51,229 nt of DNA from an uncultured Oscillospiraceae bacterium (lineage in GTDB: Bacteria > Bacillota > Clostridia > Christensenellales > CAG-314), in the NCBI GenBank assembly GCA_964404625.1, contig CAYOKR010000002.1, forward strand, positions 1 through 51,229, given 5' to 3'. Shown piece after piece: positions 28,809 through 39,528 of the stretch (position 1 is the stretch's first letter; each line of letters begins with the position of its first letter). Below the pieces are notes generated by a model. The model saw only the letters and a program-made list of their open reading frames with translations. It searched no databases and was not told the DNA's origin. The position numbers and the translations under genes were made by a program.

Positions 28809-29017
28809 AATAGTTCTCCTTTTAGATATTGGCAAATTGCCTAATTACAAAATCATTTTACTATATTATTGCCAATTTGACAAGCATAAAAACAATATTG
28901 AACAAAGATTTGCAAAAACGGTATAGCAAAAACGATTAGTCGCACTGTACAAGAGCGCACTACTTTGGATTGTGAAAAACAACACAATTTTAGTTTGTAC
29001 CAACGGGCAGCCGCACT

Positions 29018-29046
29018 GCATATCGATACTTATTTTGGCATATCGT
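29018..29046 (+). promoter_or_regulatory. Putative sigma-E-type sporulation promoter
   Basis: GCATA-16bp-CATATCGT ahead of the PRC-barrel gene. Confidence 0.4.
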
Positions 29047-29062
29047 ACAAAAAGGGGAAAAT

Positions 29063-29680
29063 ATGTTACTTAGTTGGATGTTGGAAAAAATCGTTACGGA
29101 CGGACAAGTTGAATGTGGCGCAATCGACAACGTTTGTTGGCAAAAAGGACACCCCTGCCTTTTGAAAATTAACGGCAAAACATGGAGGACCGACCGTATC
29201 AAAAGCAAAAACGACAGCATTTTTGCTAACCTTGCGGAAGATAATTTTTTGCCCACGTTGGAAATCGGCAAACAAGTGTACGATACCGACGGCAAATTAA
29301 TTGGATTGTTGCAAGACGTGGAAATAACGTCCACACTAAAGGTGAAAACTTTAGTTTTGTTAAACAGAAAAGTTATTGCACTATCCAAAATCGTTGCCAA
29401 TAACGATATTATTACAGTGCGAGCAGCAAAACCCAAAAAGCCGAAACGACCAAAGCAAACGACCGCAACGGAACCTGTTGACGTTCTTCCTATTGTTGCG
29501 CCCAAACGCAAAAGTGGAGATTTTTCCTTTTTGGTAGGCAAAGTGATAGACAAAAACATTTTCAACTTTTTGGGCGAATTGATGATGCACGAAGGCGATG
29601 TCGTAACGCGCGAAGTATATCTAAAAGCGCGTGCTTTTGGCAAGTTGACGGAACTTTGCTTGCACATAAAAGACGATTAA
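29063..29680 (+). CDS. PRC-barrel domain protein (sporulation-type)
   Basis: IGKQVYDTDGKLIGLLQDVEI PRC motif; C-terminal FLVGKVIDKNI..GELMM..GKLTEL segment. Confidence 0.65.
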   Translation: MLLSWMLEKIVTDGQVECGAIDNVCWQKGHPCLLKINGKTWRTDRIKSKNDSIFANLAEDNFLPTLEIGKQVYDTDGKLIGLLQDVEITSTLKVKTLVLLNRKVIALSKIVANNDIITVRAAKPKKPKRPKQTTATEPVDVLPIVAPKRKSGDFSFLVGKVIDKNIFNFLGELMMHEGDVVTREVYLKARAFGKLTELCLHIKDD

Positions 29681-29918
29681 GCTTACTTTGGTATGCGGCA
29701 AGTGTGATTTTGCAGCAAAACGTTTGTGGTAAATTTGTATATCAACGCCTGTGGTTGCAAACGAAAAGCAGCGTCGTTTTTTGCTGTTACATACGAAAAA
29801 AAATGTTTTTTGAAAACTTACAGTATGATTATCTTTACTCCCAAATTATTATAACGCAAATATCTGCATTGCTTATCGCAAAATCCGCAAAAACAATTTG
29901 TCCCTTTCGACAAATTGC

Positions 29919-29946
29919 ACAAAGCAAGAAAGTTGTGCATACAATA
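29919..29946 (+). promoter_or_regulatory. Putative sigma-K promoter of the M14 peptidase
   Basis: AC-17bp-CATACAATA, matching the sigK consensus AC-N17-CATANNNTA. Confidence 0.5.
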
Positions 29947-29965
29947 TTTTTGCGAGGTAAGGTTT

Positions 29966-30853
29966 TTGTTTGGTTATGCGGATTTGTTGCACGAAGTTAG
30001 GTTATTTTGCAAAAACGGGGTAGAAACGGGTATTGTTGGCGAAAGCACGCTAAAACAGCAAATACCCTATATTTTTGTGGGCAATAAAAACGGAAATCGC
30101 ATGATTGTTCAGGGGGCGATGCACGCACGCGAACATCTAACGGCACTGTTGGTTGTTGGATTAGCAAAACATCTTGTAAAAAATCCACAGTTAAAAATGG
30201 ATGGCGGAATATACTTTGTTCCTATGACAAATCCCGATGGCGTGCGTATTTGTCAAGAAGGTATCGGGTGGATTGAAGATAAGCAACTGCGTCAAAACAT
30301 TGTAGCCATAAACGGCAGTAGAGACTTTTCGTTGTGGAAAGCCAATGCCGAAGGGGTGGACATAAACGTCAATTTTGATGCCAAGTGGTCCAAGGGTACA
30401 CAAAACACCTTTTGCAAAGGTGCACAAAACTACGTTGGCAAACACCCTTTTTCTACTGCGGAAGCACGTTGTCTTGCAGAGTTTACCCAAAGGCTAAAAC
30501 CATGCGTAACGTTGTCGTATCACCTAAAAGGCGAGCAGATCTATTGGGAGTTTGGGCAAAAAGGACATCGACGTTTTGCCGACGAACGTTGGGCAAAAGC
30601 TATTGCAAAATACACCGGTTACACAGTGGTGAGCAACGGCGGAAGTGTTGGCGGTTACAAAGATTGGTGTATAGAAAAACTAAAAATTCCTGCCTTTACC
30701 ATCGAAATTGGCAACGACAAATATTCGCATCCGTTTCCGTATGCTTTGTATTCCACAATTTTACAACAAAATCTCGATTTGCCACGCCGATTGTTAAACA
30801 GCGTTGTGCAGCAACAAGCTACAATAAAATCTATCGGTTGGGAACATTTTTAA
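29966..30853 (+). CDS. M14 zinc carboxypeptidase (gamma-D-glutamyl-meso-DAP peptidase-like)
   Basis: HARE, PMTNPDG, WKANAEGVDINVNF, LSYH, GGYKDW, FTIE; TTG start after GAGGT. Confidence 0.82.
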   Translation: MFGYADLLHEVRLFCKNGVETGIVGESTLKQQIPYIFVGNKNGNRMIVQGAMHAREHLTALLVVGLAKHLVKNPQLKMDGGIYFVPMTNPDGVRICQEGIGWIEDKQLRQNIVAINGSRDFSLWKANAEGVDINVNFDAKWSKGTQNTFCKGAQNYVGKHPFSTAEARCLAEFTQRLKPCVTLSYHLKGEQIYWEFGQKGHRRFADERWAKAIAKYTGYTVVSNGGSVGGYKDWCIEKLKIPAFTIEIGNDKYSHPFPYALYSTILQQNLDLPRRLLNSVVQQQATIKSIGWEHF

Positions 30854-30910
30854 ATAACTGATTATTACAAATTTTCCAAAGTAAATGTCACAATTTTATT
30901 GATACGCATG

Positions 30911-30939
30911 TTGACAAATCGGTACTACGGTGCTAAAAT
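30911..30939 (+). promoter_or_regulatory. sigma-A promoter giving a leaderless PHP mRNA
   Basis: TTGACA-17bp-TAAAAT 7 nt before ATG 30947. Confidence 0.7.
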
Positions 30940-30946
30940 CGGTAGT

Positions 30947-31729
30947 ATGAAAACAATCAAAAAGTGCGATTTGCACATCCACACAAACTACAGTTTCGAT
31001 AATTTACCGGAAAACACAATGGAGAAGAACATCCTTTCCGCAATAGAAAAGGGTATTGACGTTTTGTGCTTTACCGACCATATTGAATTGGTTACTAACA
31101 ATACCTTTAATACTTTCCCTTTCGAAAAACGCAAAGCGGAGTTTGACAGTCTCGTAAAACAATACGGCGACCAAATAAAGCTATTGCTTGGTTTTGAAAT
31201 GGGCAGTCCCAATCGACACCCCGATGAATTGGCATTTTTGCGCAGTTTAGAGCCGGACATGATTATCGGTTCGTTGCACTATCTTTGTGACTACGTTAAT
31301 GTTGGTAACTCCGTTACCCATCGAGAGTACGAAAAGTTGTATAATCAAGAAGTACGCGCAATGGTAGAGTTTGGTGGTTTTGATGTCCTTGGTCATGCCG
31401 ATATGCCAAAAAAATACCACACCGATTACCAAGCGGACGACGAATTTTTGACGGAGACATTGCGTATTTGCGTACAAAAAGGTATCGTCCCCGAACTGAA
31501 CACGTCGTCGATTAGGCAAACTAACGTTGCTCCAAATACAACGGAAACTATGATAAGCCCCAAAATGGCACGGGTTTATGCAAGTCTTGGCGGAAAATAC
31601 GTCACAATCAGTAGCGACAGCCACAGATACAACACACTTGGTGCCGATTTTAACCAAACCTACAACGCCATTGCCGATGTGTTGTCGTTGTGCTACTTTG
31701 AGAAAGGTAAATTAGTCCCCTTAAAATAG
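30947..31729 (+). CDS. PHP-domain histidinol-phosphatase (HisJ/HisK family)
   Basis: DLHIHT, FTDH, GSLH, LGH, ELNTS, SSDSH metal ligands. Confidence 0.85.
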   Translation: MKTIKKCDLHIHTNYSFDNLPENTMEKNILSAIEKGIDVLCFTDHIELVTNNTFNTFPFEKRKAEFDSLVKQYGDQIKLLLGFEMGSPNRHPDELAFLRSLEPDMIIGSLHYLCDYVNVGNSVTHREYEKLYNQEVRAMVEFGGFDVLGHADMPKKYHTDYQADDEFLTETLRICVQKGIVPELNTSSIRQTNVAPNTTETMISPKMARVYASLGGKYVTISSDSHRYNTLGADFNQTYNAIADVLSLCYFEKGKLVPLK

Positions 31730-31804
31730 TTGAGCAATGGTTGACTAAACGTAACGTTTTTATTACTTCACTAAAAATATAATTCATTAAACTGCAAATT
31801 ATTG

Positions 31805-31832
31805 TTGCCACCCTAAAAGGTGGCAATTTTTT
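31805..31832 (+). terminator. Intrinsic terminator
   Basis: TTGCCACC-CTAAAA-GGTGGCAA-TTTTTT. Confidence 0.85.
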
Positions 31833-31927
31833 GTATAAATTGAATTATTAGACAATACGAATTGCGTTTTATGTTTTATCATATTTATATCTAAAACAGT
31901 AATTTTATTATCAACATATTTGTTTTA

Positions 31928-31956
31928 TTGACATTTTTGTGTCGTTGCGGTACAAT
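31928..31956 (+). promoter_or_regulatory. sigma-A promoter of leuS-cysK
   Basis: TTGACA-17bp-TACAAT 30 nt before the leuS ATG. Confidence 0.7.
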
Positions 31957-31986
31957 CGATATATATTTTATTAAAGAGGCATATCT

Positions 31987-34416
31987 ATGGATAAAATTCA
32001 AGTAGAGAAAAAATGGAATAAACTTTGGACGGAACAAAAAGTTTATTCTTTTAACGAAAAGGACGTAGACAACAAACACTACGTTTTGGAAATGTTTTCT
32101 TACCCGAGCGGAGCAAAATTGCACATCGGTCACTGGTATAACTACGGTTTGACGGACAGTTATGCTCGCTATCAAATAATGAAAGGCAAAAACGTATTCC
32201 AACCAATGGGATTCGACGCCTTCGGTTTGCCTGCGGAAAACTACGCTATCAAAACGGGCGTACATCCGCAAGATTCCACTTACCACAACATTGCCGTTAT
32301 GGAAGAACAACTAAAAAATATCGGCGCAATGTTCGATTGGGATCACGAAATTATCACCTGTTCACCGGAGTACTATCGTTGGACGCAATGGTTGTTCTGC
32401 GAACTTTACAAACACGGGTTGGCGTATCGTAAAAACGCTCCGGTTAACTGGTGTCCAAGTTGCAACACGGTGCTCGCCAACGAACAGGTTATCGACGGAC
32501 ACTGCGAAAGATGTGACAGTCAAGTCGTAAAGAAGAATCTTACCCAATGGTTTTTCAAAATTACTGCCTATGCGGAAGAATTGCTTGCCGATTTGGATAA
32601 ACTCGATTGGCCGGAAAAAACCAAAGCAATGCAACGCAACTGGATTGGTAAATCGGTAGGTGGTGAAATTGTTTTCCACTTAGCAGACGGTAGCGGAAGT
32701 TTTAAGGTGTTTACCACTCGCGCCGACACGTTGTTCGGTTGCACATACGTTGTGCTTGCTCCCGAACACGAACTTGTAAAGCGTATCACAACCGCAGAAT
32801 ATCTCGACCAAGTAAACGCTTATTGCGACGAAGTTGCCAAAACCAACGAAATCGAACGTCTTTCCACCGCAAAGGAAAAGACCGGTGTATTTACAGGCGC
32901 TTACGCAATCAACCCGATTAACGGACAAAAAGTTCAAATTTGGATTGGCGACTACGTGCTTGCATCTTACGGTACAGGTGCAGTTATGGGCGTACCTAGT
33001 CACGACGAACGCGACTACAAGTTTGCACAAAAGCATAATTTGGGTATCAACCGCGTTATAAAGGGCGCAACTTCCGACGTGGACGATAGTTTGCCATTCT
33101 GCGACTACGGAATTATGGTAAACAGTGGCGAGTTTGACGGTATGACCAGCGAACAAGGTCGTGTTGCCGTTGTGGAAAAACTTGCAAAAACGGGCGATGG
33201 CGAAATCAAAACTAACTATCGTTTGCGCGACTGGTTGGTATCTCGTCAACGCTATTGGGGTGCGCCTATTCCCGTTATTCACTGTCCGCATTGTGGCGAA
33301 GTTTTGGACGAAAATCTTCCTGTTGAATTGCCTTACGACGTAGAATTCAAACCGGACGGAACAAGTCCTCTTGCTAAACACAAAAAATTTATTCACGACG
33401 TAACTTGTCCCAAATGCAGAGCACAAGCCACTCGCGATCCAGATACGCTTGATACGTTTGTATGTAGTAGTTGGTATTTCCTTCGCTATCCCGATGCACA
33501 CAATAGTCAAAATCCGTGGGATACCGCTTGGATTGACAAAATGTTGCCTGTAGATAAGTACGTCGGCGGTGCAGAACACGCTTGTATGCACTTGTTGTAT
33601 GCACGTTTTATCACAAAAGCGTTGCGTGATATGGGTTATATTCACTTTGACGAACCATTTAAGTCGCTTGTTCACCAAGGCGTAATTTTGGGACCGGACG
33701 GCAACCGTATGAGTAAATCGCACGGAAACGTTGTAAGTCCCGACGAATATGTAAACAACTACGGTGCGGACGTGTTTAGATGCTACCTTGCATTTGGATT
33801 TAAGTATACCGAAGGTGGTCCGTGGTCGGACGATGGCATAAAAGCGCTTAACAAATGGTTGGACCGTGTGGAAAGATACACACTTTCCGCTTATGGCGAC
33901 TACCCGACAACCACCGATTTCGGTTCTGTCGAAAAGGAACTTAACCGTGCAAGACATTGCACAATAAAAGCAGTTGACGGCGATTATCCCGAGTTTTCTT
34001 TCAATACGGCTGTTGCTCGTATGATGGAATTAGTAAATGCCATTGCTAAATACGACGGTCAAACGGTTAAAAACGCTCAACTTTACCGTGACACTGTAGA
34101 CGATTTGCTTAAAATGCTTTGTCCACTTGCACCTCACTTTGCCGAAGAATTGTGGCATCAAACGGGACACGAAAGTTTTATCGTAACGGAAAAATTCCCC
34201 GTTTGTGACGAAAGCGCAACCAAAGCAAGCGAAGTGGAAATGCTTGTTCAGTTTAACAGCAGACCGAAGGCGCGCGTTACCGTTGATGCAACGTTAACTC
34301 CTGCGGAAATCGAAAAAATCGTGTTGGCAGATGCGAAAGTTATAGAACAACTTAACGGCGCAACCCCCAAAAAGGTTATCGTTATCCCCGGCAGACTTGT
34401 AAACATCATTTTGTAA
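31987..34416 (+). CDS. leuS: Leucine--tRNA ligase
   Basis: MFSYPSG..LHIGH, FTTRADT editing domain, [21 protein letters not shown]. Confidence 0.97.
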   Translation: MDKIQVEKKWNKLWTEQKVYSFNEKDVDNKHYVLEMFSYPSGAKLHIGHWYNYGLTDSYARYQIMKGKNVFQPMGFDAFGLPAENYAIKTGVHPQDSTYHNIAVMEEQLKNIGAMFDWDHEIITCSPEYYRWTQWLFCELYKHGLAYRKNAPVNWCPSCNTVLANEQVIDGHCERCDSQVVKKNLTQWFFKITAYAEELLADLDKLDWPEKTKAMQRNWIGKSVGGEIVFHLADGSGSFKVFTTRADTLFGCTYVVLAPEHELVKRITTAEYLDQVNAYCDEVAKTNEIERLSTAKEKTGVFTGAYAINPINGQKVQIWIGDYVLASYGTGAVMGVPSHDERDYKFAQKHNLGINRVIKGATSDVDDSLPFCDYGIMVNSGEFDGMTSEQGRVAVVEKLAKTGDGEIKTNYRLRDWLVSRQRYWGAPIPVIHCPHCGEVLDENLPVELPYDVEFKPDGTSPLAKHKKFIHDVTCPKCRAQATRDPDTLDTFVCSSWYFLRYPDAHNSQNPWDTAWIDKMLPVDKYVGGAEHACMHLLYARFITKALRDMGYIHFDEPFKSLVHQGVILGPDGNRMSKSHGNVVSPDEYVNNYGADVFRCYLAFGFKYTEGGPWSDDGIKALNKWLDRVERYTLSAYGDYPTTTDFGSVEKELNRARHCTIKAVDGDYPEFSFNTAVARMMELVNAIAKYDGQTVKNAQLYRDTVDDLLKMLCPLAPHFAEELWHQTGHESFIVTEKFPVCDESATKASEVEMLVQFNSRPKARVTVDATLTPAEIEKIVLADAKVIEQLNGATPKKVIVIPGRLVNIIL

Positions 34417-34427
34417 AGGATTTTACC

Positions 34428-35339
34428 ATGCAATTTTACAAACACGCAACACCGCTTGGTATAGGCAGTACTCCGTTGTTGCCCTACGAAGAAGATTTTG
34501 ATGCTGATATATTTTTTAAGCAAGAAAGCATGAACGTTACCGGTTCTATAAAGGATCGTCCTGCGCTTGCTATGATTTTGCAAGCACAAAAGGACGGCAT
34601 TTTGCATGAGGGCGACACCATTGTGGAAGCAACCAGCGGAAATATGGGTATCAGCCTTGCGTACATAGGCAAACAACTTGGATATAAAGTGCTTTTGACC
34701 ATGCCGGATAATATGTCAATCGAACGCAAAAACTTGTTGCAAGGTTTAGGTGCACAGTTGGTGATTACGGAAGGCTCGTTGGGCATGCAAGGTGCCGTAG
34801 ATATGGCGGAAATGCTTAGTCAAAGTGCCAATCACATATGGCTAAAACAGTTCGAAAACAAAGCAAACGTTGTTGCGCATTATCTATCTACCGGAAAGGA
34901 AATTGTCGCACAGTTAGAAAAAGTAGATATTTTTGTTGCAGGCGTTGGCACAGGAGGAACGCTTATCGGTGTGGCAAAACGTCTAAAAGAAGTTTTTCCC
35001 GATTGCAAAATCATTGGTGTAGAACCTGCAAGCAGTTCGGTGCTTTCCGGTGGAGAAAAGGGTGCGCATAAAATACAAGGCATTGGTGCAGGATTTGTTT
35101 CCAAATTGTACAACAAAAAATTGGTAGACGACGTTCAACTTGTAACGGACGACCAAGCGATGGACAAGTTTTTGGAACTTAACAAAAAACTCGGTTATTG
35201 TTGCGGTATTAGTTCCGCTGCAAATATCGTTGTGTGCGAACGCCTTGCACAACTGCCGGAAAACAAAGGCAAAAATATCGTAACAGTGTTCCCCGATGGC
35301 GACGACCGTTACGAAAGTCTGCTTAAAGTTAACAAATAA
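34428..35339 (+). CDS. cysK: Cysteine synthase (O-acetylserine sulfhydrylase)
   Basis: TGSIKDR PLP lysine, EATSGNMG, GVGTGGT, HKIQGIG. Confidence 0.88.
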   Translation: MQFYKHATPLGIGSTPLLPYEEDFDADIFFKQESMNVTGSIKDRPALAMILQAQKDGILHEGDTIVEATSGNMGISLAYIGKQLGYKVLLTMPDNMSIERKNLLQGLGAQLVITEGSLGMQGAVDMAEMLSQSANHIWLKQFENKANVVAHYLSTGKEIVAQLEKVDIFVAGVGTGGTLIGVAKRLKEVFPDCKIIGVEPASSSVLSGGEKGAHKIQGIGAGFVSKLYNKKLVDDVQLVTDDQAMDKFLELNKKLGYCCGISSAANIVVCERLAQLPENKGKNIVTVFPDGDDRYESLLKVNK

Positions 35340-35479
35340 GGCAGTTTAACTGCAAAAACTATATCATTGCTTTGACTTACACGTCATTAGAAAATGTACG
35401 ATTGTTTCAAAATACATTAGCAAAGATACCGACACATAATTAAAAAAATAACGTTGCCAAAATCCGTAAAGGAGAAAAA

Positions 35480-36166
35480 ATGGACGCAAGCGAAATTCGA
35501 AAGGAACTTTTTGCCAATCAGGACGAGGAATATAGAAATTTTCAAGCAAAACTTTTGCCTACGATTGCCTTTGATACTGTAATTGGTGTGCGAACTCCGA
35601 TTTTGCGTGCATTTGCAAAAAGAATTTATAAGGCAAATGCTTTCTATTCCTTTTTGAGCGATTTGCCACATTCCTACTTTGACGAAAATCAACTTCACGC
35701 TTTTTTGATTTCGCAAATAAGCGACTTCGACCTTTGTGTTCAAGAATTAAATCGCTTTCTTCCTTTTGTAGATAATTGGGCGACTTGCGATCAAATGTCG
35801 CCTCAAATTTTCAAAAAGCACAAACAAAAACTTTTAGAACAAATCAAAATTTGGATTTTATCTAACAAAACGTACACCTTGCGTTTTGCCGTTGGAATGT
35901 TGATGAAATACTTTTTAGACGAATATTTTGATTTGGAATATCCTAAAATGGTTTTATCAATTCAATCGGAAGAGTATTACGTAAAAATGATGATTGCTTG
36001 GTATTTTGCAACGGCACTTGCAAAACAGTACGAGTTAATTCTTCCTTTCTTTGAAAATAAAAATCTGGATAAATGGACTCACAACAAAGCAATTCAAAAA
36101 GCACTGGAAAGTTATAGGATTTCAAACGAGCATAAGGCGTATTTGCGCACTTTGAAAGTTTTGTAG
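35480..36166 (+). CDS. DNA alkylation repair protein (AlkD-like)
   Basis: IGVRTP, FLPFVDNWATCD, YYVKMMIAWYFATALAKQ. Confidence 0.88.
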   Translation: MDASEIRKELFANQDEEYRNFQAKLLPTIAFDTVIGVRTPILRAFAKRIYKANAFYSFLSDLPHSYFDENQLHAFLISQISDFDLCVQELNRFLPFVDNWATCDQMSPQIFKKHKQKLLEQIKIWILSNKTYTLRFAVGMLMKYFLDEYFDLEYPKMVLSIQSEEYYVKMMIAWYFATALAKQYELILPFFENKNLDKWTHNKAIQKALESYRISNEHKAYLRTLKVL

Positions 36167-36289
36167 CAGATAATGCCTATTAATATTTGTGAATACCACA
36201 ATAGTGTAAACAATAATGAGTAAATCTGTTGCCATTAGGTAAAATCTTTGCAAAACTTATCTTTTTTACGCTTTAAATATGTAAAACAG

Positions 36290-36326
36290 TGAAGTTCGCG
36301 CTCCTTACAAGGAAAGTGCGAACTTC
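36290..36326. other. Strong stem-loop (possible terminator)
   Basis: GAAGTTCGC..CCTT-AC-AAGG..GCGAACTTC directly beside repeat copy B. Confidence 0.55.
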
Positions 36327-36333
36327 TTATATT

Positions 36334-36476
36334 ATAAACTAATGCAATATTGATTTGTTCACAAATTTGCAAATCAAGTTTGTTAACATAACACCGCTTA
36401 AGAATCGGTTTAGACGTGCATGACACTGCAAAGTTTTGCCTGTATATCTTCGGCATATCTTTACAAAATTTTTTGT
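36334..36476. repeat. Dispersed structured intergenic repeat, copy B
   Basis: Colinear with 18606-18756; both hairpins retained. Confidence 0.7.
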
Positions 36477-36748
36477 GTTGTCAACATAAGAAATAAATTC
36501 TTTGCCAGTCAACAAACACAGCGTTTGCACTCCTTAATAAACTTAAACTCTAATCACAACGTTAAAACTAACGTTATGTTTTAAGTAGATTGTTATAAGT
36601 ACAAGTGTTTTTGTGGTAAAGTAATATTTTTTTATTTGCAAAACCTTTTTCTTCGCATAATGTTCATCATACGAAACAAAAATGTTGGTAACTAATTAGT
36701 ACAAAGCAGTTGCTTTTTTTTGAAAATTGTAGTATTATATTCAGGCAT

Positions 36749-36825
36749 CTGGGTGTAGCGCAGTTTGGTAGCGCACTAGACTGGGGGTCTAGGTGTCGCA
36801 GGTTCAAGTCCTGTCACTCAGACCA
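36749..36825 (+). tRNA. tRNA-Pro(GGG)
   Basis: CTGGGTG/CACTCAG acceptor, CTAGA-CTGGGGG-TCTAG anticodon arm, GGTTCAAGTCC T arm, CCA; TTGCTT-17-TATTAT promoter at 36710-36738. Confidence 0.95.
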
Positions 36826-36827
36826 AT

Positions 36828-36870
36828 AAAAGGACAACCGACTACTTTTGTAGCGTGGTTGTCCTTTTTT
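36828..36870 (+). terminator. Terminator after tRNA-Pro
   Basis: AAAGGACAACC..GGTTGTCCTTTTTT. Confidence 0.85.
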
Positions 36871-36936
36871 GTTGCAATTTTGTAGCAAAACGCTCTTTTT
36901 CAATGTGATAGCTTTTTGTACACTAAATACGAAACT

Positions 36937-37219
36937 CTATCTTAAGTTTTTAACTATTTGTAACAGCACTTGTTTGTTTTCTTTAGAAAGACGTTTGACT
37001 CTTCTGATAAGTTCATCGGTTTTTTCTTCTTTGAAAAAAATCCGCCAACGTAATTCCAAATGCTCCAAATATTGCTCGCAACGTTGAAATTTTAGGTTCG
37101 GTCTTTCTTGAATATAAGTTATTTAATGTAGATTGTGTCAATCCGCTTTCCATAGCCAAGTAATTTATTGACTAGACTTTCTCTTTTCGCAACGTTTAAG
37201 TTCTTTCCAATATTTCCAT
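36937..37219 (-). pseudogene. XRE-family HTH regulator pseudogene
   Basis: AAGGAG RBS, MEILERT*TLRKEKV*SINYLAMESGLTQSTLNNLYSRKTEPKISTLRAIFGAFGITLADFF, then a frameshift in a T run into KEEKTDELIRRVKRLSKENKQVLLQIVKNLR*. Confidence 0.8.
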
Positions 37220-37429
37220 TATATATATTTTACTCCTTCTGTTTTTATTGTATAACTAATTGAGTTACTGGAATAACAAGAGAATATCTCTAAAACTAGA
37301 CGGAATGAGTCCGGTACAGTACCGAACTCATTCACAAAGAATTTAATTATAATATTTTGTCTAACTTTTGGGGTTCACATCAGACGAGCATCGTTTTTTG
37401 TTATAGATCGTATAAATTATGCTTAAAAA

Positions 37430-37912
37430 TTACGAATCGAAGCGTTCGCAATAACCACGACATAGAGAGGCGCACCACATCTCTTCGTCTCCTTTAAAAG
37501 GTCCGTCCGACATTGCCGTCGCTACGTTAAACAAAACGTAACGTCTTGCGATTTCAGCGCGCTTAATTTTTCTCGAAAGCTCAATCATGCGATTGCTCGC
37601 CTCGCAGGAAGAGTATTTATCCATTTCCTTACAAAAAGCGTCGTAGCTCCAAGCCGAGCCCGATTTACCCATCAGCGTTTTAAACGATTCATACTCCGCA
37701 TAAGAATAATTTCCGTCGGACTCGAAAGTCGTCGCAAAGCTGCCGAAAATAACGGATATGCAATCGTCTGCGAAAAAGCCCTCGTATTTTTTTAAGTCGT
37801 CGTATAGACCTTTTGCAAGTTCATAAAGCTTATTGTTTGCTCCCCACCCCACACTGTTTATATACTTGCCTGCTTCGACTTTCAGTTCTTCCAAGAGAAG
37901 CCATTCGCGCAT
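37430..37912 (-). CDS. TerB-like (tellurite resistance / DjlA-N fold) protein
   Basis: Two xDG-x5-E motifs (ESDGNYSYAE, MSDGPFKGDE) at both ends of a helical domain. Confidence 0.5.
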   Translation of the reverse strand: MREWLLLEELKVEAGKYINSVGWGANNKLYELAKGLYDDLKKYEGFFADDCISVIFGSFATTFESDGNYSYAEYESFKTLMGKSGSAWSYDAFCKEMDKYSSCEASNRMIELSRKIKRAEIARRYVLFNVATAMSDGPFKGDEEMWCASLCRGYCERFDS

Positions 37913-38065
37913 AAAAATCAACTCTCCTTTTTGCTATATTCTCAAACAATTATATCAGATTCATTGTTTTTATTCAATAGTTTAACTTTCGAGTTCATTT
38001 CAATTTAGACGGGTTTTGTGTCTTTGAGATTTTTTGAAACTTTGAGTGCCGCACGACGATTTTTA

Positions 38066-38713
38066 TTACTTTACTTTTACCCCTGTTACTGCTTCAAAAT
38101 GATACTTTACGATACCTAAATCCACTTTTACGTAGAAACCCTTCCCGCGAGTGGCGGTTACCGTGCCATCGGGAGAAAGTGTAAAGTAGAACTTTTGTTG
38201 ATTCATTGCCGTGGGAGCAAGCAATGCAGCGGTAACGCCTTGCAAAAACCATTGTGGCAAGTTTTCGTCGTAATTGCACACCTTTTGGATAGGCTTATTT
38301 TTGTGTTCGACGCCTTCCGTTACGCCATATCCAATAGTGATAAGACATCCTGCTTTTTCGCCCTTGCCAACAATCGCACGACTTTTGCCATGAGTCATAG
38401 CAACCCAGCAGGTATTAAGTCCCAATTCCTGTGCCTTAAGTACTATCATTTCACCGTAATAACCGAGTTTTTCGTCCAAGTCAGCACCTTTGCTACCAAC
38501 AAGTGCAACGTAGTTGCTAACGCCCTTAAATTTCCCATAGTGTGCCATAAAAGAATCGAAACACTTTGGTTCATCGTAGATAATTTGGATGTGCAAACCT
38601 TCCTTTTGATTGATTTCTGCTATCAATTCGTCTAAAATAGCACGTTTTTCCTGTTCGATTACCTGTGACGTGTATTGGCGAACGCTGTGTCGTTGTTTTA
38701 TAATTTCTATCAT
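38066..38713 (-). CDS. Nitroreductase family protein
   Basis: IKQRHSVRQY, AQELGLNTCW, APTAMNQQ, DLGIVKYHFE. Confidence 0.88.
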   Translation of the reverse strand: MIEIIKQRHSVRQYTSQVIEQEKRAILDELIAEINQKEGLHIQIIYDEPKCFDSFMAHYGKFKGVSNYVALVGSKGADLDEKLGYYGEMIVLKAQELGLNTCWVAMTHGKSRAIVGKGEKAGCLITIGYGVTEGVEHKNKPIQKVCNYDENLPQWFLQGVTAALLAPTAMNQQKFYFTLSPDGTVTATRGKGFYVKVDLGIVKYHFEAVTGVKVK

Positions 38714-39528
38714 AACTGTACCTCCAGTATTTGTTCTTTAACAGTTGGATCGTGATTTACAAAAACACCTATGCAGGTGGGATCGTTTTTGCATTGTATC
38801 AGCCAATCGAGAGATTTTGTTGCAAGTTGCTTGCTTACGGTAAAACCGGGTATCTTGTGTTCACAAAACGATTCCGGCAAATATGCAGTATCATTTCCCA
38901 AAACGATATAACTTTTTTTGCCACTAATCATCACGCTAAACAATCCGTGACTGTGTCCCGGCGTGTGTACAAGCAGCAGTGTTCCGTCCCCAAACACATC
39001 ATAACTTCGCCCTATCGGACCTACACCGCTTAATGTGTATGCAAACGTTTTAACATTGCAGTTACCCGTCCACGTATCCACATAGCGAAAGCTAAACTTG
39101 TTGCAAGCTGTCCATTCTTCTGCGGAACAGCGAATGTCTTTTGCTTTGTTTACAAGGCGCAGACCACTTGTGTGATCAAAATCCATATGACTGATAAACA
39201 CATAGTCAATATCTTCCACTGTCAAACCAACCATTTTCAATTTACTGTCTATACCTTCGTCCGCTTTGATAATCGGTGCGCTGATTTTGTCAACCATACC
39301 TAACAACTGTTTTGGACGCTCGGTAGCATACTTTGTATCCCAGCCGGTATCAATCAAAACGTTGCCCTTTGGGTGTTCGATTAGGTAAACCGACACAGGC
39401 AGTATCATTTGCTTTTTCCTGCTTCTAAATAGCCCGGTAAACGCCAACGGATTACGCTCGCGAAGCGGAAGAGCTCTATCCACTCGTACTTTTCCCGTGT
39501 GAAAGATTGTGAGTTTTATTTTATTCAT
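38710..39528 (-). CDS. Metallo-beta-lactamase fold, N-acyl homoserine lactonase-like
   Basis: YLIEHPKGNVLIDTG, SHMDFDH, TPGHSHG, NDTAY, NHDP. Confidence 0.8.
   Translation of the reverse strand: MNKIKLTIFHTGKVRVDRALPLRERNPLAFTGLFRSRKKQMILPVSVYLIEHPKGNVLIDTGWDTKYATERPKQLLGMVDKISAPIIKADEGIDSKLKMVGLTVEDIDYVFISHMDFDHTSGLRLVNKAKDIRCSAEEWTACNKFSFRYVDTWTGNCNVKTFAYTLSGVGPIGRSYDVFGDGTLLLVHTPGHSHGLFSVMISGKKSYIVLGNDTAYLPESFCEHKIPGFTVSKQLATKSLDWLIQCKNDPTCIGVFVNHDPTVKEQILEVQL

Noticed and set aside
32680-33957. 425-aa ORF antisense to leuS, and similar long antisense ORFs opposite oppD, oppA, the SbcC-like gene and HAD
   Set aside because: Shadow frames of real genes, with no RBS or recognisable motifs
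36339-36530. 63-aa minus-strand ORF near an AAGGAG
   Set aside because: The SD overlaps the GTG start and the ORF merely spans the repeat element
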